Origin: Octopus vulgaris
Taxonomy: Eukaryota
Direction of reading: 5' to 3'
DNA length: 64,000 bases
Assembly (NCBI GenBank): GCA_951406725.2
Contig: OX597826.1
Location: forward strand, 48,422,001-48,486,000
Part shown: positions 1 through 12,649 of the stretch, one piece after another
How positions within the stretch are numbered: the stretch's first letter is position 1
Layout of the letters: each line of letters begins with the position of its first letter
Notes under the pieces: model-generated
Seen by the model: the letters and a program-made list of their open reading frames with translations, nothing else
Database searches by the model: none
Told to the model about the DNA's origin: nothing
Made by a program: the position numbers and the translations under genes

Positions 1-13
1 AACTTAAATAAAT

Positions 14-59
14 TACAGTCTGATGATGGCTAATGTGACCGAAACTTCAAAGTCAGTCT
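14..59 (+). ncRNA. Degenerate minimal type I hammerhead motif at the end of a cassette cut by the window edge
   Basis: CTGATGA (20-26), t, gg...cc stem II, GAA ACTT-CA-AAGT C (41-54, GUC site). Stem I pairs poorly. Confidence 0.45.
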
Positions 60-105
60 CAATACTATTCTTGTAAGAGGAATAACACACACACGCACAC
101 ACATA

Positions 106-159
<54 letters not shown>

Positions 160-625
160 AATTAGAGATAAAACCACTATTATGCAACTCAAACAGTTTT
201 ATATATTTATACTGTAAAATTTGATTTAATACTAAATTGAATTTTTACCTGTAAGTTTGGAGTTATACTCCCTAATAATATTATATATATATATATTTAC
301 ACATACATATAGACACATACACACATATATATGTACACAGATACTTACATACATATATGTGAGTGTGTGTGTATGTATGTATATGTGTGTGTTTAGGTAT
401 GTGATTTTGTGTATATTCATGTATGCATTTATGTCTATCGTTTCTTTGTCTGCTGGCTACCCCATTACCATTTAGCTTGACAATTAAACAGGCACAGGCT
501 GTTAAACCCTGATTTATGACCCCAAAACTGTAATCAATTCTCACCAGTTGTTGGTAGCATCATTTTGGCCCAACATGCTAACAATTCTGCCAGCTCACCA
601 CCTTAATATCAATAATAATAATGAC

Positions 626-683
<58 letters not shown>

Positions 684-708
684 TCAATAATAATAATAAT
701 AATAATAT

Positions 709-1114
709 AAAGAGCAAATATAAAGATCTTGAAATAGAAATCAGCAAAATGTGGAACCTGAAAACTAAAACAATACCTGTTGTCATAGGTACCCTGGGAA
801 TGATAGTGAAAGGGGCTGATTGCTACCTAACTCAGATACCAGGAAACCCAAAAATGGCAGAAATTCAAAAGATAGTGCTCATGGAAACTGCTCATATCCT
901 ACGCAAAATACTTTCTATGAAATCTCAGCGTTTAAAACAAACATAATTTTCGTTTTTTTTTTTGGACATTCACTAGTACAACACCAAAAAAGCCCCCAAA
1001 TATATGGCACACTAGGCATAACAACAACATGAACTTCCAACCTGTTGTCTCTTGAGGTCTCTGGGTGAGACTTGGAGCCAACTTGTACAAATATAAAGCA
1101 AAAGTCAAACATAG
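709..1114 (+). mobile_element. 5'-truncated R4/Dong-clade non-LTR retrotransposon (restriction-like endonuclease C-terminus plus 3' UTR) inserted in (TAA)n
   Basis: Translation KSKYKDLEIEISKMWNLKTKTIPVVIGTLG...IQKIVLMETAHILRKIL matches the R4/Dong RLE C-terminal pattern. (TAA)n tracts flank both sides. Confidence 0.8.
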
Positions 1115-1146
<32 letters not shown>

Positions 1147-1154
1147 TAATAATA

Positions 1155-1362
1155 ATGGTTTCAAATTTTACCACAGCGGCTGCCATTTTGGGGGAGTTGA
1201 TGAGTCGATTGTATCTACCCCAGTGTTCAACTGGTACTTAATTTATCAACCCCGAAGGGCAAAGTTGACCTCAGTGGAATTTGAACTCAGAACATAGCGG
1301 CAGACAAAACACCACTAAGCATTTCACCCGGCATGCCAATGATTCTACCAGCTCGCTGCCTT
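1155..1362 (-). mobile_element. SINE family B (head ggcggcgagctggcagaa...gagttcaaattcc)
   Basis: Homologous to copies at about 500-603, 1750-1961, 11035-11330, 30250-30450 and 48947-49922. B-box-like GAGTTCAAAT on the minus strand. Confidence 0.75.
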
Positions 1363-1414
1363 AACAATAATAATAATAATAAGAAGAAAAAGAAGAAGAA
1401 GAAGAAGAAGAATG

Positions 1415-1476
<62 letters not shown>

Positions 1477-1710
1477 TTTTACTTACCACAAAAGGCAAAA
1501 AATGAAGAGAAGATTGCAAGGATGATCCCCACCCCCCACAATTGCTTAGTTTTACTCAGAATTAACTTTATAATAGTAACAGACAAGAACTGCAACAAAT
1601 ATTTAATATTAAAGGAAAGCATTTTGCAATGGTTATCATTGCTGTTTATAATAGTAATTATTATTATTCTTATTATCATCATCATCATCATTATTATTAT
1701 TATTATCATA

Positions 1711-1746
<36 letters not shown>

Positions 1747-2270
1747 AATATTTCTACTCTAGGCACAAGACCATGAAAATTTGGAGGGGAAGGAGGCTTG
1801 TTGATTATATCGACCCAAGTGAGTAACTGGTACTTATTTCATCAACCCTGAAAGGATGAAAGGCACGACCTTGGTGGAATTTGAACTCTGAACATAGTGG
1901 CAGATGAAATCGTGCTAAGCATTTCACCAAACTTGCTGATGATTCTGCCAGCTTGCTGCCTTGATAATAATAATAATGATAAGGAGAAGAAGAAGAAGAA
2001 GAAGAAGAAGAAGAAGAAGAAGAAGAAGAAGAAGAAGAAGAAGAAGAAGAAAAAGAAGAAGAAGAAGAATTTTTACTTACCACAATGGGCAACAAATGAA
2101 GAGAATATTGCAAAGTTAATTCCCCACCACCACCACTGCCACCACCAAAAACAAACAAAAAATTGCAAGATATTACTTAGAATCAACTTTATAATAGTAA
2201 CAGACAAGAACTGCAACAAATATTTAATATGAAAGGAAAGCATTTTGCAATGGTTATTGTTGCTGTTATA
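1155..2270. repeat. Tandem duplication of an ~600 bp unit (SINE B + (AAT)n/(AAG)n + unique segment)
   Basis: 1473-1650 and 2068-2270 share aatttttacttaccacaa...actttataatagtaacagacaagaactgcaacaaatatttaatat...aaaggaaagcattttgcaatggttat, and each is preceded by a SINE B copy. Confidence 0.85.
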
Positions 2271-2276
2271 TAATTA

Positions 2277-2335
<59 letters not shown>

Positions 2336-2890
2336 TAATAATAATAATAATAATGATAATAATAATGATAATAATAATGATTGTTGTTGATGTTGTTGCT
2401 GTTTCTGTTCCTATGTTTACACATGGTTACATCCTACTCAGTTCACAAGATTAATCAAATCACTTGGAAAAGTGAATTACAGCATAATTATTCGAGAAAA
2501 TGGCAATGTTGTGGGAAGCTACATAGAAATTATAGTGGCAGATGTCAAAAAGAAGTCTTAAGTTTATGTGATGACATATTTAATTACAATGCGTGGCACC
2601 GAGGTTTTTCGAGAGAAGTAGAATTAACAAATGGCAAAAGTGTTCTTATGTAATTTCACTCATTCAAAGGAATTTAAGGAAAAAAAAAATACTTTTAAAA
2701 AAAAAAATTAAGAACCGAATAAACACAGAAGAAAAGAATAGACAAGGAAAAGAAGAAAAGTATTAACAAATAAATAAATAAGAATGAAACACACACAAAA
2801 AACACAAAAGACAAGTTGCAAAAATTGAAGTAGAGGAAAAATGTTGAAATGTAATTTAAGAATTAAATATTAAACATATCACAAATGGAC

Positions 2891-2943
<53 letters not shown>

Positions 2944-3227
2944 CATGATGATGAAAGAGGAACAAGAAGAAGAAGAAAGACAACAGCAGCCAACTGGAAT
3001 CTTTAACTGACAATATGCTAACTTAATTATGTAAACATCTTAAAGTGAAAAGAGAGAGAGAAAAAGAAAAAGAAATAGAAATGAGAAAAAGAAAACAGCT
3101 AAAGAGAAAAGAAAGAGGAAGAAAGAGGAAAAGAATGACAAACCTGTAAGAACCTGCATAAAATACCATTAGAAAATCATCAAACATATAATGTTATCTA
3201 GTAGGATTTAAACAAACTGGCTGGACA

Positions 3228-3229
<2 letters not shown>

Positions 3230-3285
<56 letters not shown>

Positions 3286-3288
3286 GTA

Positions 3289-3321
<33 letters not shown>

Positions 3322-3537
3322 ATCATTATTATAATGATGATAATAATAATAATAATAATATTTATATATTTGTTGTGCAAGATTTTATAAAAATAATAAT
3401 AAGAAGAAGAAGAACAACAACAACAGCAACAATAAGAATAACACCAGCAACGACAATATTAATAGTGATGATGATGATGATGATGACAACAGCGACAATG
3501 ACGATAGCGACGATGATGATGATGTTGATGATAATGG

Positions 3538-3588
<51 letters not shown>

Positions 3589-3607
3589 CGACGACGATGA
3601 TGAGGAC

Positions 3608-3639
<32 letters not shown>

Positions 3640-3658
3640 CGACGACGATGATGAGGAC

Positions 3659-3705
<47 letters not shown>

Positions 3706-3790
3706 CAATGATGATGATGATGATGATGATGACGACGACGACGACTACAACGACGATGTTGATGATGATAATGCTGATGATGATGATGAT
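3230..3790. repeat. Compound trinucleotide microsatellite (AAT)n/(AGT)n/(GAT)n
   Basis: Direct reading. Source of the poly-M, poly-S and poly-H ORFs. Confidence 0.95.
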
Positions 3791-3947
3791 TTGTATTCCA
3801 GTGGAAATGACAGTATGACAACTGGTTCGAATCTTTCAAATCCTTGTGATTATCAGTGTTTTACTTTTGAAATGTTTTGTTTATCTTTCTTTTCTCTTAA
3901 TTAATTCATTGCATAAAACATAATTTTCAATTTTCCAATTTTTTCAG

Positions 3948-4072
3948 AGATTTGTTGATAGACTGGGGATTACTCAGTCCATCAACAAATCTGTTGACGG
4001 TCTGATGATAACTCACTGAATCATCTACTGTCCAGTGTGTCAACTGACTGGACAGTAGATTGTTTTATTCAG
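3948..4072. other. Two adjacent strong hairpins
   Basis: agatttgttgatagactggg/ctcagtccatcaacaaatct (3948-3992) and a perfect 14-bp atctactgtccagt/actggacagtagat (4023-4060). Confidence 0.8.
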
Positions 4073-4475
4073 ATGTATATTATCATCATCATCATCATCA
4101 TCGTCGTTGTCATTTGAACATTCATATTGCCATGCTTTCATGGGTCTGATATGATTTTCAGACAAGTTTGGAAACACACAATGCTTGTTTATAACCATCA
4201 TGCAATGCATGTATTTGTGTGTGTGTGTGTGTGTGTGTGTGTTTGTCCCCACACTATCAGTTGACAATCAATACTGGTGTGTATTTCTGTCCCCATAACT
4301 AAGCAGTTCAGCAAAAGTGACCAATAGAATAAGTACTAGGTTTACAAAGAATACAAAAACGTGGATGTTGATTTCTTTGACTAAAACCCTTGAAGGTGGT
4401 GCTCCAGCATGGCCACAGTCAAATGACTGAAACAAGTAAAAGAATAAAAGTATATACACTTATGTGTTATGTGTG

Positions 4476-4591
<116 letters not shown>

Positions 4592-4596
4592 TAGAG

Positions 4597-4645
<49 letters not shown>

Positions 4646-4678
4646 TAGATATAGATCAAAACTGCTTGATTCAAATTC

Positions 4679-4723
4679 ATTGGTACTCATGAGTTTCAAG
4701 CACGATGCTAGTCATCAGCCATT
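4679..4723 (-). ncRNA. Minimal type I hammerhead ribozyme (Penelope pLTR-type)
   Basis: Minus strand: aatgg CTGATGA ctagcatcgtgctt GAA ACTCATGAGT A ccaat. Palindromic stem III, GUA site, stem I tgg/cca. Confidence 0.75.
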
Positions 4724-4741
4724 TTGAATTTGAAAATTTTA

Positions 4742-4786
4742 AATGACTGATGACTAGCATCATGCTTGAAACTTGAGAGTACCAAT
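4742..4786 (+). ncRNA. Mirror hammerhead copy, partly mutated
   Basis: aatga CTGATGA ctagcatcatgctt GAA ACTTGAGAGT A ccaat. Confidence 0.6.
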
Positions 4787-4868
4787 GAATTTGAATCAAA
4801 CTGTTTTGATTCATGCATAAAACTCTCAATAACTGTTGTTGAGTGTCCTTCTTTCATTTGCTCACTCA

Positions 4869-4943
<75 letters not shown>

Positions 4944-4953
4944 CATACATACA

Positions 4954-4985
<32 letters not shown>

Positions 4986-6090
4986 CATACATACATATAT
5001 ACAAGCATGTCTAGATATGCAAGTATATGCATGAGAAGTTATACATATATAAAGCCAAACATACAAATCTGCACATATACATATATTAAAAAAAAAATAC
5101 CCTATTGTTGATGTTGAAATTCCAATGAAGGAGACGTGGATCTAGGTTGGAAACAAGCTCTTTCTCTATTGGCAAGAAATCTTGAAATAAAACTGAATAA
5201 TGACATACACACTTACATGTATACATATATATATATAGAATCAGCAAATGAGATCCAGAGATGCTTAGTACAGAAATGACTAAGTGGTGCTTAAATAATT
5301 TGAACTTACACTAAAAAATCTCTGTTAGATACATATCTCTCCACCCTAAAAGCAGAGGCCAGATCTACCTAATGTTTATATGCCTCCAATACTGGTTGTG
5401 TATTCTTGCCTTTTTGCAAACTACATTGGCAACATTATGAAATAATTCTGAGACTCCAGAAACAGCTGTCGAATTTGTAACGCCATAACTCCTCCCTTTA
5501 ATTTTATGTGTCTTTGTATTCTGTGTAATTTTGCTTTGTTAATATATGCATATCTATATATTTATACACTAGTTTATAAGCCCTTCTTCCCTGATAATTC
5601 CCAGGGAAGCAGGGCTTATCCCTTGGTTCCGTTCTCATAATTGTTTCACTAATCCAATAACAACAATACAAAGTATGTAGTGTGTTTGTGTGGCTGTGTT
5701 TGTCCCTCAAACATCACTTGACAACCGATGCTGGTGTGTTTATGTCCTTGTAAGTTAATGGCTCAGCAAAAGAGACCAATAGAATAAGTACTAGGCTTTC
5801 AAAGAATAGGTCCTGGGGTCGATTTGCTCAACTATAGGCGGTGCTCCAGCATGGCTGCAGTCAAATGACTGAAACAAGTAAAAGAGTAAAAGAGTGGGGA
5901 CTCTCTAGCAACCCTTAAAGGTATCTCTATTATATCACTCCAAAAAGGATGGAAGGCGAAGGTGACTTCAGCAAAATTTGAACTCATGGCACAAACATCC
6001 TGAAGTTATATCACTGAGTTGACACTCTGATAATCCCACCAATCCAGTATCTTTGGACGAGATATTTGTTAAAGTCTTCTAAAGTTAGAT

Positions 6091-6475
6091 ACGAGCATGG
6101 CTGTGTGGTAAGAAGCTTGCTTTCCAGTCACATAGTTTTGGTTCAGTCCCACTGTGAAGCACCTTAGGCAAATGTCTTCTACTATGAACTCAGGCTGACC
6201 AAAGCCTTGTGAGTGGATTTGGTAGACAGAAACTGAAAGAAGCCTGTCGTGTGTGTCTTTGTTTCTGTGTTTGTCCTGCAGCACCCCTTGACAATCAATG
6301 TGGCCGCATTTACATCCTGGTAACTTAATGGTTCAGCAAAAGAGACTGATAGAATAAGGACCAGGCTTAAAAAAAAAAAAGGAGCACCACCTTGTGGTCG
6401 ATTCATTTGGCTAAAATTTCTTCAAGGGGTTGCCCCAGCAGGGCCACTGTCTAATGACTGAAACAAGTAAGGGTA
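6091..6475 (+). mobile_element. SINE family A (tRNA-like head, internal microsatellite, tail ...gactgaaacaagtaaaagag)
   Basis: Homologous to the 18389-18824 copy. 3' halves also at about 4236-4450 and 5680-5895. Confidence 0.85.
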
Positions 6476-7974
6476 AAATGATATCATCCCAGAAAGAATG
6501 AAAAGTAGAGCTGACTTCAGCAAGATTTGAAACCAGAACTTTGCGAGCTGGAACTAATATTACAAGACATTTTATCTGATGGGCTCATGACTCTGCCACT
6601 TTGCTGCTTTATCTCCAACAATTGTAATAACTAAATAAATAAACAAACAAAATAAATAAACTAAAAACAAAAATATATATTTTTACAAACAAAACCCCAG
6701 AGAGAGAGAGAACTGTTCACCTCAAAAAACGTTGCATCGATTTTTTGAATATTTTCTTTTTTACTTCAGTATTTTATTTGAGTTTTTTTGTGCATGCTTT
6801 ACCTTTTTGCATCATCTTTGCATTTTCTTTATTTGTTCCTTACCTGTATATTTATTTTAATCAGCAGGTGTGAAAAAAAACACAGAAGGGGGGAGTTGGG
6901 AGTAGATTTTTTTAATGTAGTTTTATATGTGGGTATGTGTGTGCATGTGCATGCTGTTGTTTTTTATTTTTATTTTTGTTATTTAAATGAATGTCTATAT
7001 GAATTTTAATGCATCAAACTGCATTACTGCACTATAGCTGTGTGCAAATCGAGTTGCCTCGATATATCGGTTACATTCAAAATATCAGAAACCCCTTGCT
7101 GAGTTCAAATTAGGAAACTGTCTGTCTTCTCGATGCCATTTTAATGCAGTGTCTTTTAAAACAGAGGCAGATGATGTGAATTCTTCCTTCTTCTATGATA
7201 AAAGCATTCTTTTAGGTTATTTTAGCTGATTTCTTTATGTTCATTTATATATTTATTTATTTGATATTGATAATTCTTTATTTTAGAAATTCTTTGTTTT
7301 TTTCGTTTTTCATTTCTTTTCCTTATTCCATTTTCTTTTTTTTTACTTTTTTTGTCTTTTTACTTCCGCTCATCTTTTTTGGAATTCTCACAAATGATAC
7401 CAACTGGAAATTTACAATCGATTCTTGAAGGAATCAGCAAATTTTCATCATACACTTTGTCTGGAAATCTTTTATCATAGATTTATTTTGGGAACAAGTA
7501 AAAAAAAAATTCACCTGTTATTTTTGTTTTATTATAAATCTTTGTTACTTTATTCTTTTAGCAGTACACTTTTGTTAAAGATTTTTGTCATAACATCATT
7601 ATTATCATCATTATCATCATTGTTGTTGTTGTTAATATATTAGTAAAAAAAAATCATCATTATTTTTTTAATTTTTGTTGATATTTTTTCTGCTCGAAGC
7701 TTACTAATAACATGTAAAACTTCTAATATTTTTCACTAACTTTTCTCCACAATATTTATCCATTAATGGCACCAAACAAATAGCAACACATTATGCATTT
7801 CTTACTTTGTAGTAACTAGTGTAAGTTTCTCTTTATGGAATAAGATTGTATGCACTGATAGTAAACAAAGAGTTACTATTCATAAAAACGGTGTTGCTTG
7901 TTTGCAGTCCTATGTGTGAAAGTCCATCCAGGCTGTTCATTGTTCCATAAATAAGGGGAAATATTATCTCACTT

Positions 7975-8500
7975 GGAAACAGATGAAGAATAGAAATTGC
8001 AAAGAAAATATTTGAAAATATGTCAAAAGCTTTAACATCAAGGAATATACATATAGAAATAAGAAAAATGGTTGTGAAAATGTTACATTTGGTCCACACT
8101 ATTATACAGTGTAGAAACAAGGAGATTGACAAAAACTCTATCAGACAAACTAGAAGCTTTTAGAATGTGGGCTTTATAGAAGAATTTTAAGAACGTCTTT
8201 GACAAACCACAGAACTAATGAAGGAGTGCTACAACTAGTAAATACTAAAAGATCGTTACTGGCAGCTAGCTAAAGAGCTTTTGTCACATACTAAGTGCAT
8301 AAGATATACTAAGACATACTAAGTGCATAAGATATATATATATCTAGAAGGAAAGAAATCACAAATTTCCTCAAGAGGAAAACCAAAAACAAACTGGAAT
8401 GATAACATCAGGGACTGGACGAAACAAAATAAGAATGGTAGAGAAAAGGATCCCGAATGGAGATTCTTGATGTTCAACCTACTGAGAGCAGATGAATGAA
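7975..8500 (+). pseudogene. Decayed RTE-clade LINE ORF C-terminal fragment
   Basis: Frameshifted translation RIEIAKKIFENMSKALTSRNI..., CYIWSTLLYSVET...KLEAF, LYRRILRTSLTNHRTNEGVL, RGKPKTNWNDNIRDWT matches the RTE post-RT region. Confidence 0.8.
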
Positions 8501-8638
8501 GAAAGGAAAGAAGGAAGGAAAGAAGGAAATAGGTAATAGTTGGGAACAGGAAGAGCATCCAGCCAAAAGCAAAAAAATCTGCTTAAAGTTTTTTGTGTGC
8601 AAGCATGAAAAAATTGGACATCAAAATGAAAATGATAT

Positions 8639-8686
<48 letters not shown>

Positions 8687-8784
8687 GGAGGAGGAGGAGG
8701 AGGAGGAGAAGAAATTTTGTTTTATTTTTAACACACCTGTAGGTTATGTAATTTGTTAACTGTTTACAAACCATATAACCAATG

Positions 8785-9245
8785 GATGTGTCAAGAAGTT
8801 TGTTTTCCAATCACAGGCTTCTGGTTCAGTTCCACTTTGTGGCATGTTGAGCAAGTATCTTCTACAATAGACCCCAAGTTGACCAATACTTTGTGAGTAG
8901 ATCTGGTAGGCAGAAACTGGAAGAAGTTCATTGTATGCGTATGTGTGTGTGTGTGAGTATGTGTATGTGAGCATGTGTGTGTATTTATATGGATATGTGT
9001 GTGTGTGTGTGTGAGCCTGTATGTGTGTTTGTGTTTGTGTTTATGTTACCTTGTCTTGACATCATGTGATAGTTGCCAATGATTTTCACTGAATATTTCC
9101 ACTATTCTCTGAGAACATGTCTAATCATGGGGTAGTCATGGTTGGAAACAGATAAGGGCACCCAACCATAGAAAAATCGGCCTCAGTAAACTCTGTCCAA
9201 GCCATGCAAGAACCAGGAAAAGTGGACATGAAAATAATGATGATG
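8785..9245 (+). mobile_element. Degraded SINE with family-A-like head and RTE-type tail ending in (GAT)n
   Basis: Head ggttcagttccactttgtggca...; tail ...ggttggaaacagataagggcacccaaccatagaaa...gtggacatgaaaataatgatgatg. Confidence 0.55.
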
Positions 9246-9841
9246 TTGATGATGATGATGATGATGATGTTGATGTTGATGATGATGATGTATGTGCATA
9301 GAATGGAAGCTACGTGTAGATAAAAAAACAAAACAAAACAAAACAATCAGCTGTAATAAAACAGGAATTAATTTATTGTATAATTCTTTGTTCTGCCATG
9401 ATAAAAGGTAACATACATTCCCTACATAGCAACCTGTACTTAGTTGTTGCTTTGTATCAATGGTATTTTGGTTTGTTGATATGTCATCCATTGGGAAATA
9501 CTGCACCTAAAGCCTTACCGATGCACAGCCGTCTTAGACAACCTTTACCCTCATTGTTCTGTATTCGTTTCTGCTGTGAGTATTTGACGTAATTAAAATT
9601 TATTGTGGAAGGAGCAGGCATGGCTATGTGGTTAAGAAGCTTGCTTAACAACCACACGGTTTCAGGTTCAGTCCCACTATTCAGTCCCACAGGTAGATAT
9701 ATCTTCTAATATATCTACCTATCTATTAGATAGATAGATTGATAAACAGGATGGTCACAGCTGAAATGCCTGTTGATGAAAATTATGTGGAAGCTTGTTG
9801 TATATATGTGTGTGTGTATGTGTGTGTGTGTGTGGTGTTGG

Positions 9842-9968
9842 AATGGCCCAGTGGTTAGGGCAGTGAACTCACGGACGTAGGATCGCGGTTTCGATTCCCA
9901 GACCGGGCGTTGTGAGTGTTTATTGAACGAAAACACAATGAGGCTCTGGCAGGGGGTGATGGCGATCC
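9842..9968 (+). mobile_element. SINE family C head (tRNA-like)
   Basis: tggcccagtggttagggcag...ggtttcgattcccagaccgggcg with A and B boxes. Confidence 0.8.
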
Positions 9969-10003
9969 ATATATATATATAGTTTTTTTAATTTTCTCTA
10001 CTC

Positions 10004-10403
10004 TCTCTTTTACCCTTTTACTTGTTTCAGTCATTTGACTGCGGCCATGCTGGAGCACCGCCTTTAGTCGAGCAAATCAACCCCAGGACTTATTCTTTGT
10101 AAGCCCAGTACTTATTCTATCGGTCTCTTTTGCTGAACCGCTAAGTGACGGGGATGTAAACACACCACCATCGGTTGTCAAGCAATACTAAGGGGACAAA
10201 CACACACACATACATATATATATATATACATACATATATACAACAGGCTTCTTTCAGTTTCCGTCTACCAAATCCACTCACAAGACATTGGTCGGCCCGG
10301 GGCTATAGCAGAAGACACTTGCCCAAGATGCCCCGCAGTGGGACTGAACCCAGAACTATGTGGTTGGTAAGCAAGCTACTTACCACATAGCCACTCCTGC
10401 GCC
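10004..10403 (-). mobile_element. SINE family A, full length
   Basis: Reverse complement of the family consensus from head to tail. Confidence 0.9.
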
Positions 10404-10423
10404 TCTGTTTATTTCCTCGTGTT

Positions 10424-10460
10424 CCTTTCTGTTGAAGTGTGTAGGTTCGAAACATAAAAG
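10424..10460 (+). ncRNA. Degenerate minimal hammerhead in a short cassette (10404-10550) ending at (TA)n
   Basis: cttt CTGTTGA a gtgt-gtag-gttc GAAAC ATA aaag. Same layout as 29459 and 61616, with decay. Confidence 0.45.
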
Positions 10461-10587
10461 ACTTCCTCACCTTCCTGAACATCAAACTAATACACCTGCT
10501 TGTTGATTATACACCTGTCTTTGTCTTTTGTTTTTCTGTAAATTTCAACTATATATATGTGTGTGTGTATGTGTGTGTGTGAGTGTT

Positions 10588-10618
<31 letters not shown>

Positions 10619-11087
10619 GATTGTCTATGGCGGGGAGCATACATGTGTCTGTGAGTTTTTGTATTTGTTTGTTCCCGACCACTGCTTGACAACTGGTGTT
10701 GGTTTTCTTTATGTCCTCATAACTTAGCAGTTTAGCAAAAGGGAGTGATAGATTAAGTGACACAAAAAAAAAAAGTAAGAAAAAAGAACCCTAAGTACCA
10801 GGGTCAATGTGCTCAATTAAAATCCCTTCAAGATGGCACCCCAGCATGGCTGACAGTCTAATAACTGAAACAAGTAAAAGATGGGTGTAAGTGTGGCATA
10901 TGGTTAAGAAGTTCATGTAGAAAACACATAGTCTTTGGTTCAATTCCATTACAATGCCCCTCAGCAGGGGTCATTAAGGCATTGTTCATTTAAGAGAAAT
11001 GAAATCAAAATAATTTCCAGTTAGCTCTAAATATTAATTTCAAATTGTGGCACAAGGCCAGAAGGGAGTAAATCAATTTCATTGGGG

Positions 11088-11218
11088 CCAGTATTCAACT
11101 AGAGGTTATTTTCTCAACCCTGGTGTACAACTGGTATTTATTTTCTCAACCCTGGTATACAACTGGTATTTATTTTATCAACCCTGATATTCAACTGGTA
11201 CTTATTTTATTGACCCCT
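11088..11218. repeat. ~32 bp tandem repeat inside a SINE B copy (11035-11330, minus)
   Basis: ttattttctcaaccctggtgtacaactggtat repeated 3-4 times with variants. Confidence 0.8.
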
Positions 11219-11509
11219 AAAGGATGAAAAGTAATCTTGACTCTGGCAGAATTTGAACTCAGGATATAAGAATGGACAAAATGCTGTTAATCATCTTGCC
11301 CTGCATGCTAACAATTCTGCCAGTTTGCCAGCCATTCACCTTACTTAGCTTTAAATATTAATAATCAGATCAGGTCACTTGCTATGCAAGTACATCCCCG
11401 TAATAACATATACTGCTACACCTTGAGAAAGGAGCACCCACATGACCAATGGCATGCTAGAAGTAGTGGCTAAATATTTCTTGAATCACACTCTACCACT
11501 TTAGACACT

Positions 11510-11685
11510 AGATGCAGGAGTGGCTGTGTAGTAAGTAGCTTGCTTACGAACCACATGGTTCCAGGTTCATTCTCACTGCATGGCACCTTGGGCAAGTGTC
11601 TACTACTATAGCCTTGGGCCAACCAAAGCATTGTGAGTAGATTTGGTAGACAGAAACTGAAAGAAACCTGTCATATAAGTGTATG

Positions 11686-11743
<58 letters not shown>

Positions 11744-12315
11744 TGTGTCAGTGTTTGTCCCCCCAACATTACTTAACAACCGATGGTGGTGTGTTTACGT
11801 ACCCGTAACTTAGCGGTTTGGCAAAAGAAACCAATAGAATAAGTAATAGGCTTCCAAAGAATAAATCTTGGGGTCGATTTTCTCAACTAAAGGCAGAGCT
11901 CCAGCATAGCTGCAGTCAAATGACTGAAACAAGTAAAAGAGTAAAAGAATAGCTGTGTGGTAAGTAGCTTGCTTCCCAGCTACATGGTTTCGGGTTCAGT
12001 CTCACTGTGTGGCACCTTAAGCAAGTGTCTTATACTATAGCCTCGGGCTGACCAATGCCTTGTGAGTGGATTTGGTAGATGGAAACTGAAAGAAGCCTGT
12101 CATATATATTTTTGTGTCTGTATTTGTCCCCACCACTATTGCTTGACAACCAGTGTTGGTGTGTTTACATCCCTGTAACTTTACAGTTCAGCAAAAGAGG
12201 CTGATAGAATAAATACTAGGCTTATGAAGAATAAGTCCTAGGGTTGATTTGTTCAGCTAAAGGTGGTGCTTTAGCATGGCCACAATCAAATGACTCTGCT
12301 CAAGTAAAGAATAAA
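11510..12315 (+). mobile_element. Two tandem SINE family A copies (11510-11949, 11950-12315)
   Basis: Two head-to-tail copies of the consensus. Confidence 0.9.
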
Positions 12316-12484
12316 AAATTATAAAGTATATATATATATATATACACACAAAAATGTATATTTACATATATCTATATGTGTGCATACAGATAGATAGTTG
12401 GACGGACAGATGGATGGATACTTGGGTTGCTTGACTGATGGACAGTCAGCCTGCCAGTCAGACAGACAGAAAGGCAATCAAACT

Positions 12485-12548
<64 letters not shown>

Positions 12549-12600
12549 CATACATACATACATACATACATACATACATAGGCAGACACAAAGGTAGATG

Positions 12601-12649
<49 letters not shown>

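Larger units (their letters stand above)
4655..4810. repeat. Fold-back palindrome (~75 bp arms) with one hammerhead per arm; cassette continues to ~4870 before (TA)n
   Basis: Left arm atcaaaactgcttgattcaaattcattggtactcatgagtttcaagc... is the reverse complement of the right arm ...gcttgaaacttgagagtaccaatgaatttgaatcaaactgttttgat, with few mismatches. Confidence 0.9.

Noticed and set aside
548-946. 132-aa ORF as a host gene
   Set aside because: Chimera of an antisense SINE, (AAT)n and a truncated R4/Dong fragment.
4002-4030. CTGATGA as a hammerhead or C/D-box motif
   Set aside because: No GAAA/NUH partner with closing stems, and no terminal stem or box pair.
5101-5205. Imperfect hairpin ccaatgaaggag...ctctttctctattgg
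   Set aside because: Too degenerate to assign, and only a single copy in the window.
11088-11218. 32-bp repeats (also 27-bp at 28298, 42-bp at 39775, 107-bp at 43064) as CRISPR-like arrays
   Set aside because: Contiguous tandem units with no unique spacers, eukaryotic context and no cas genes.
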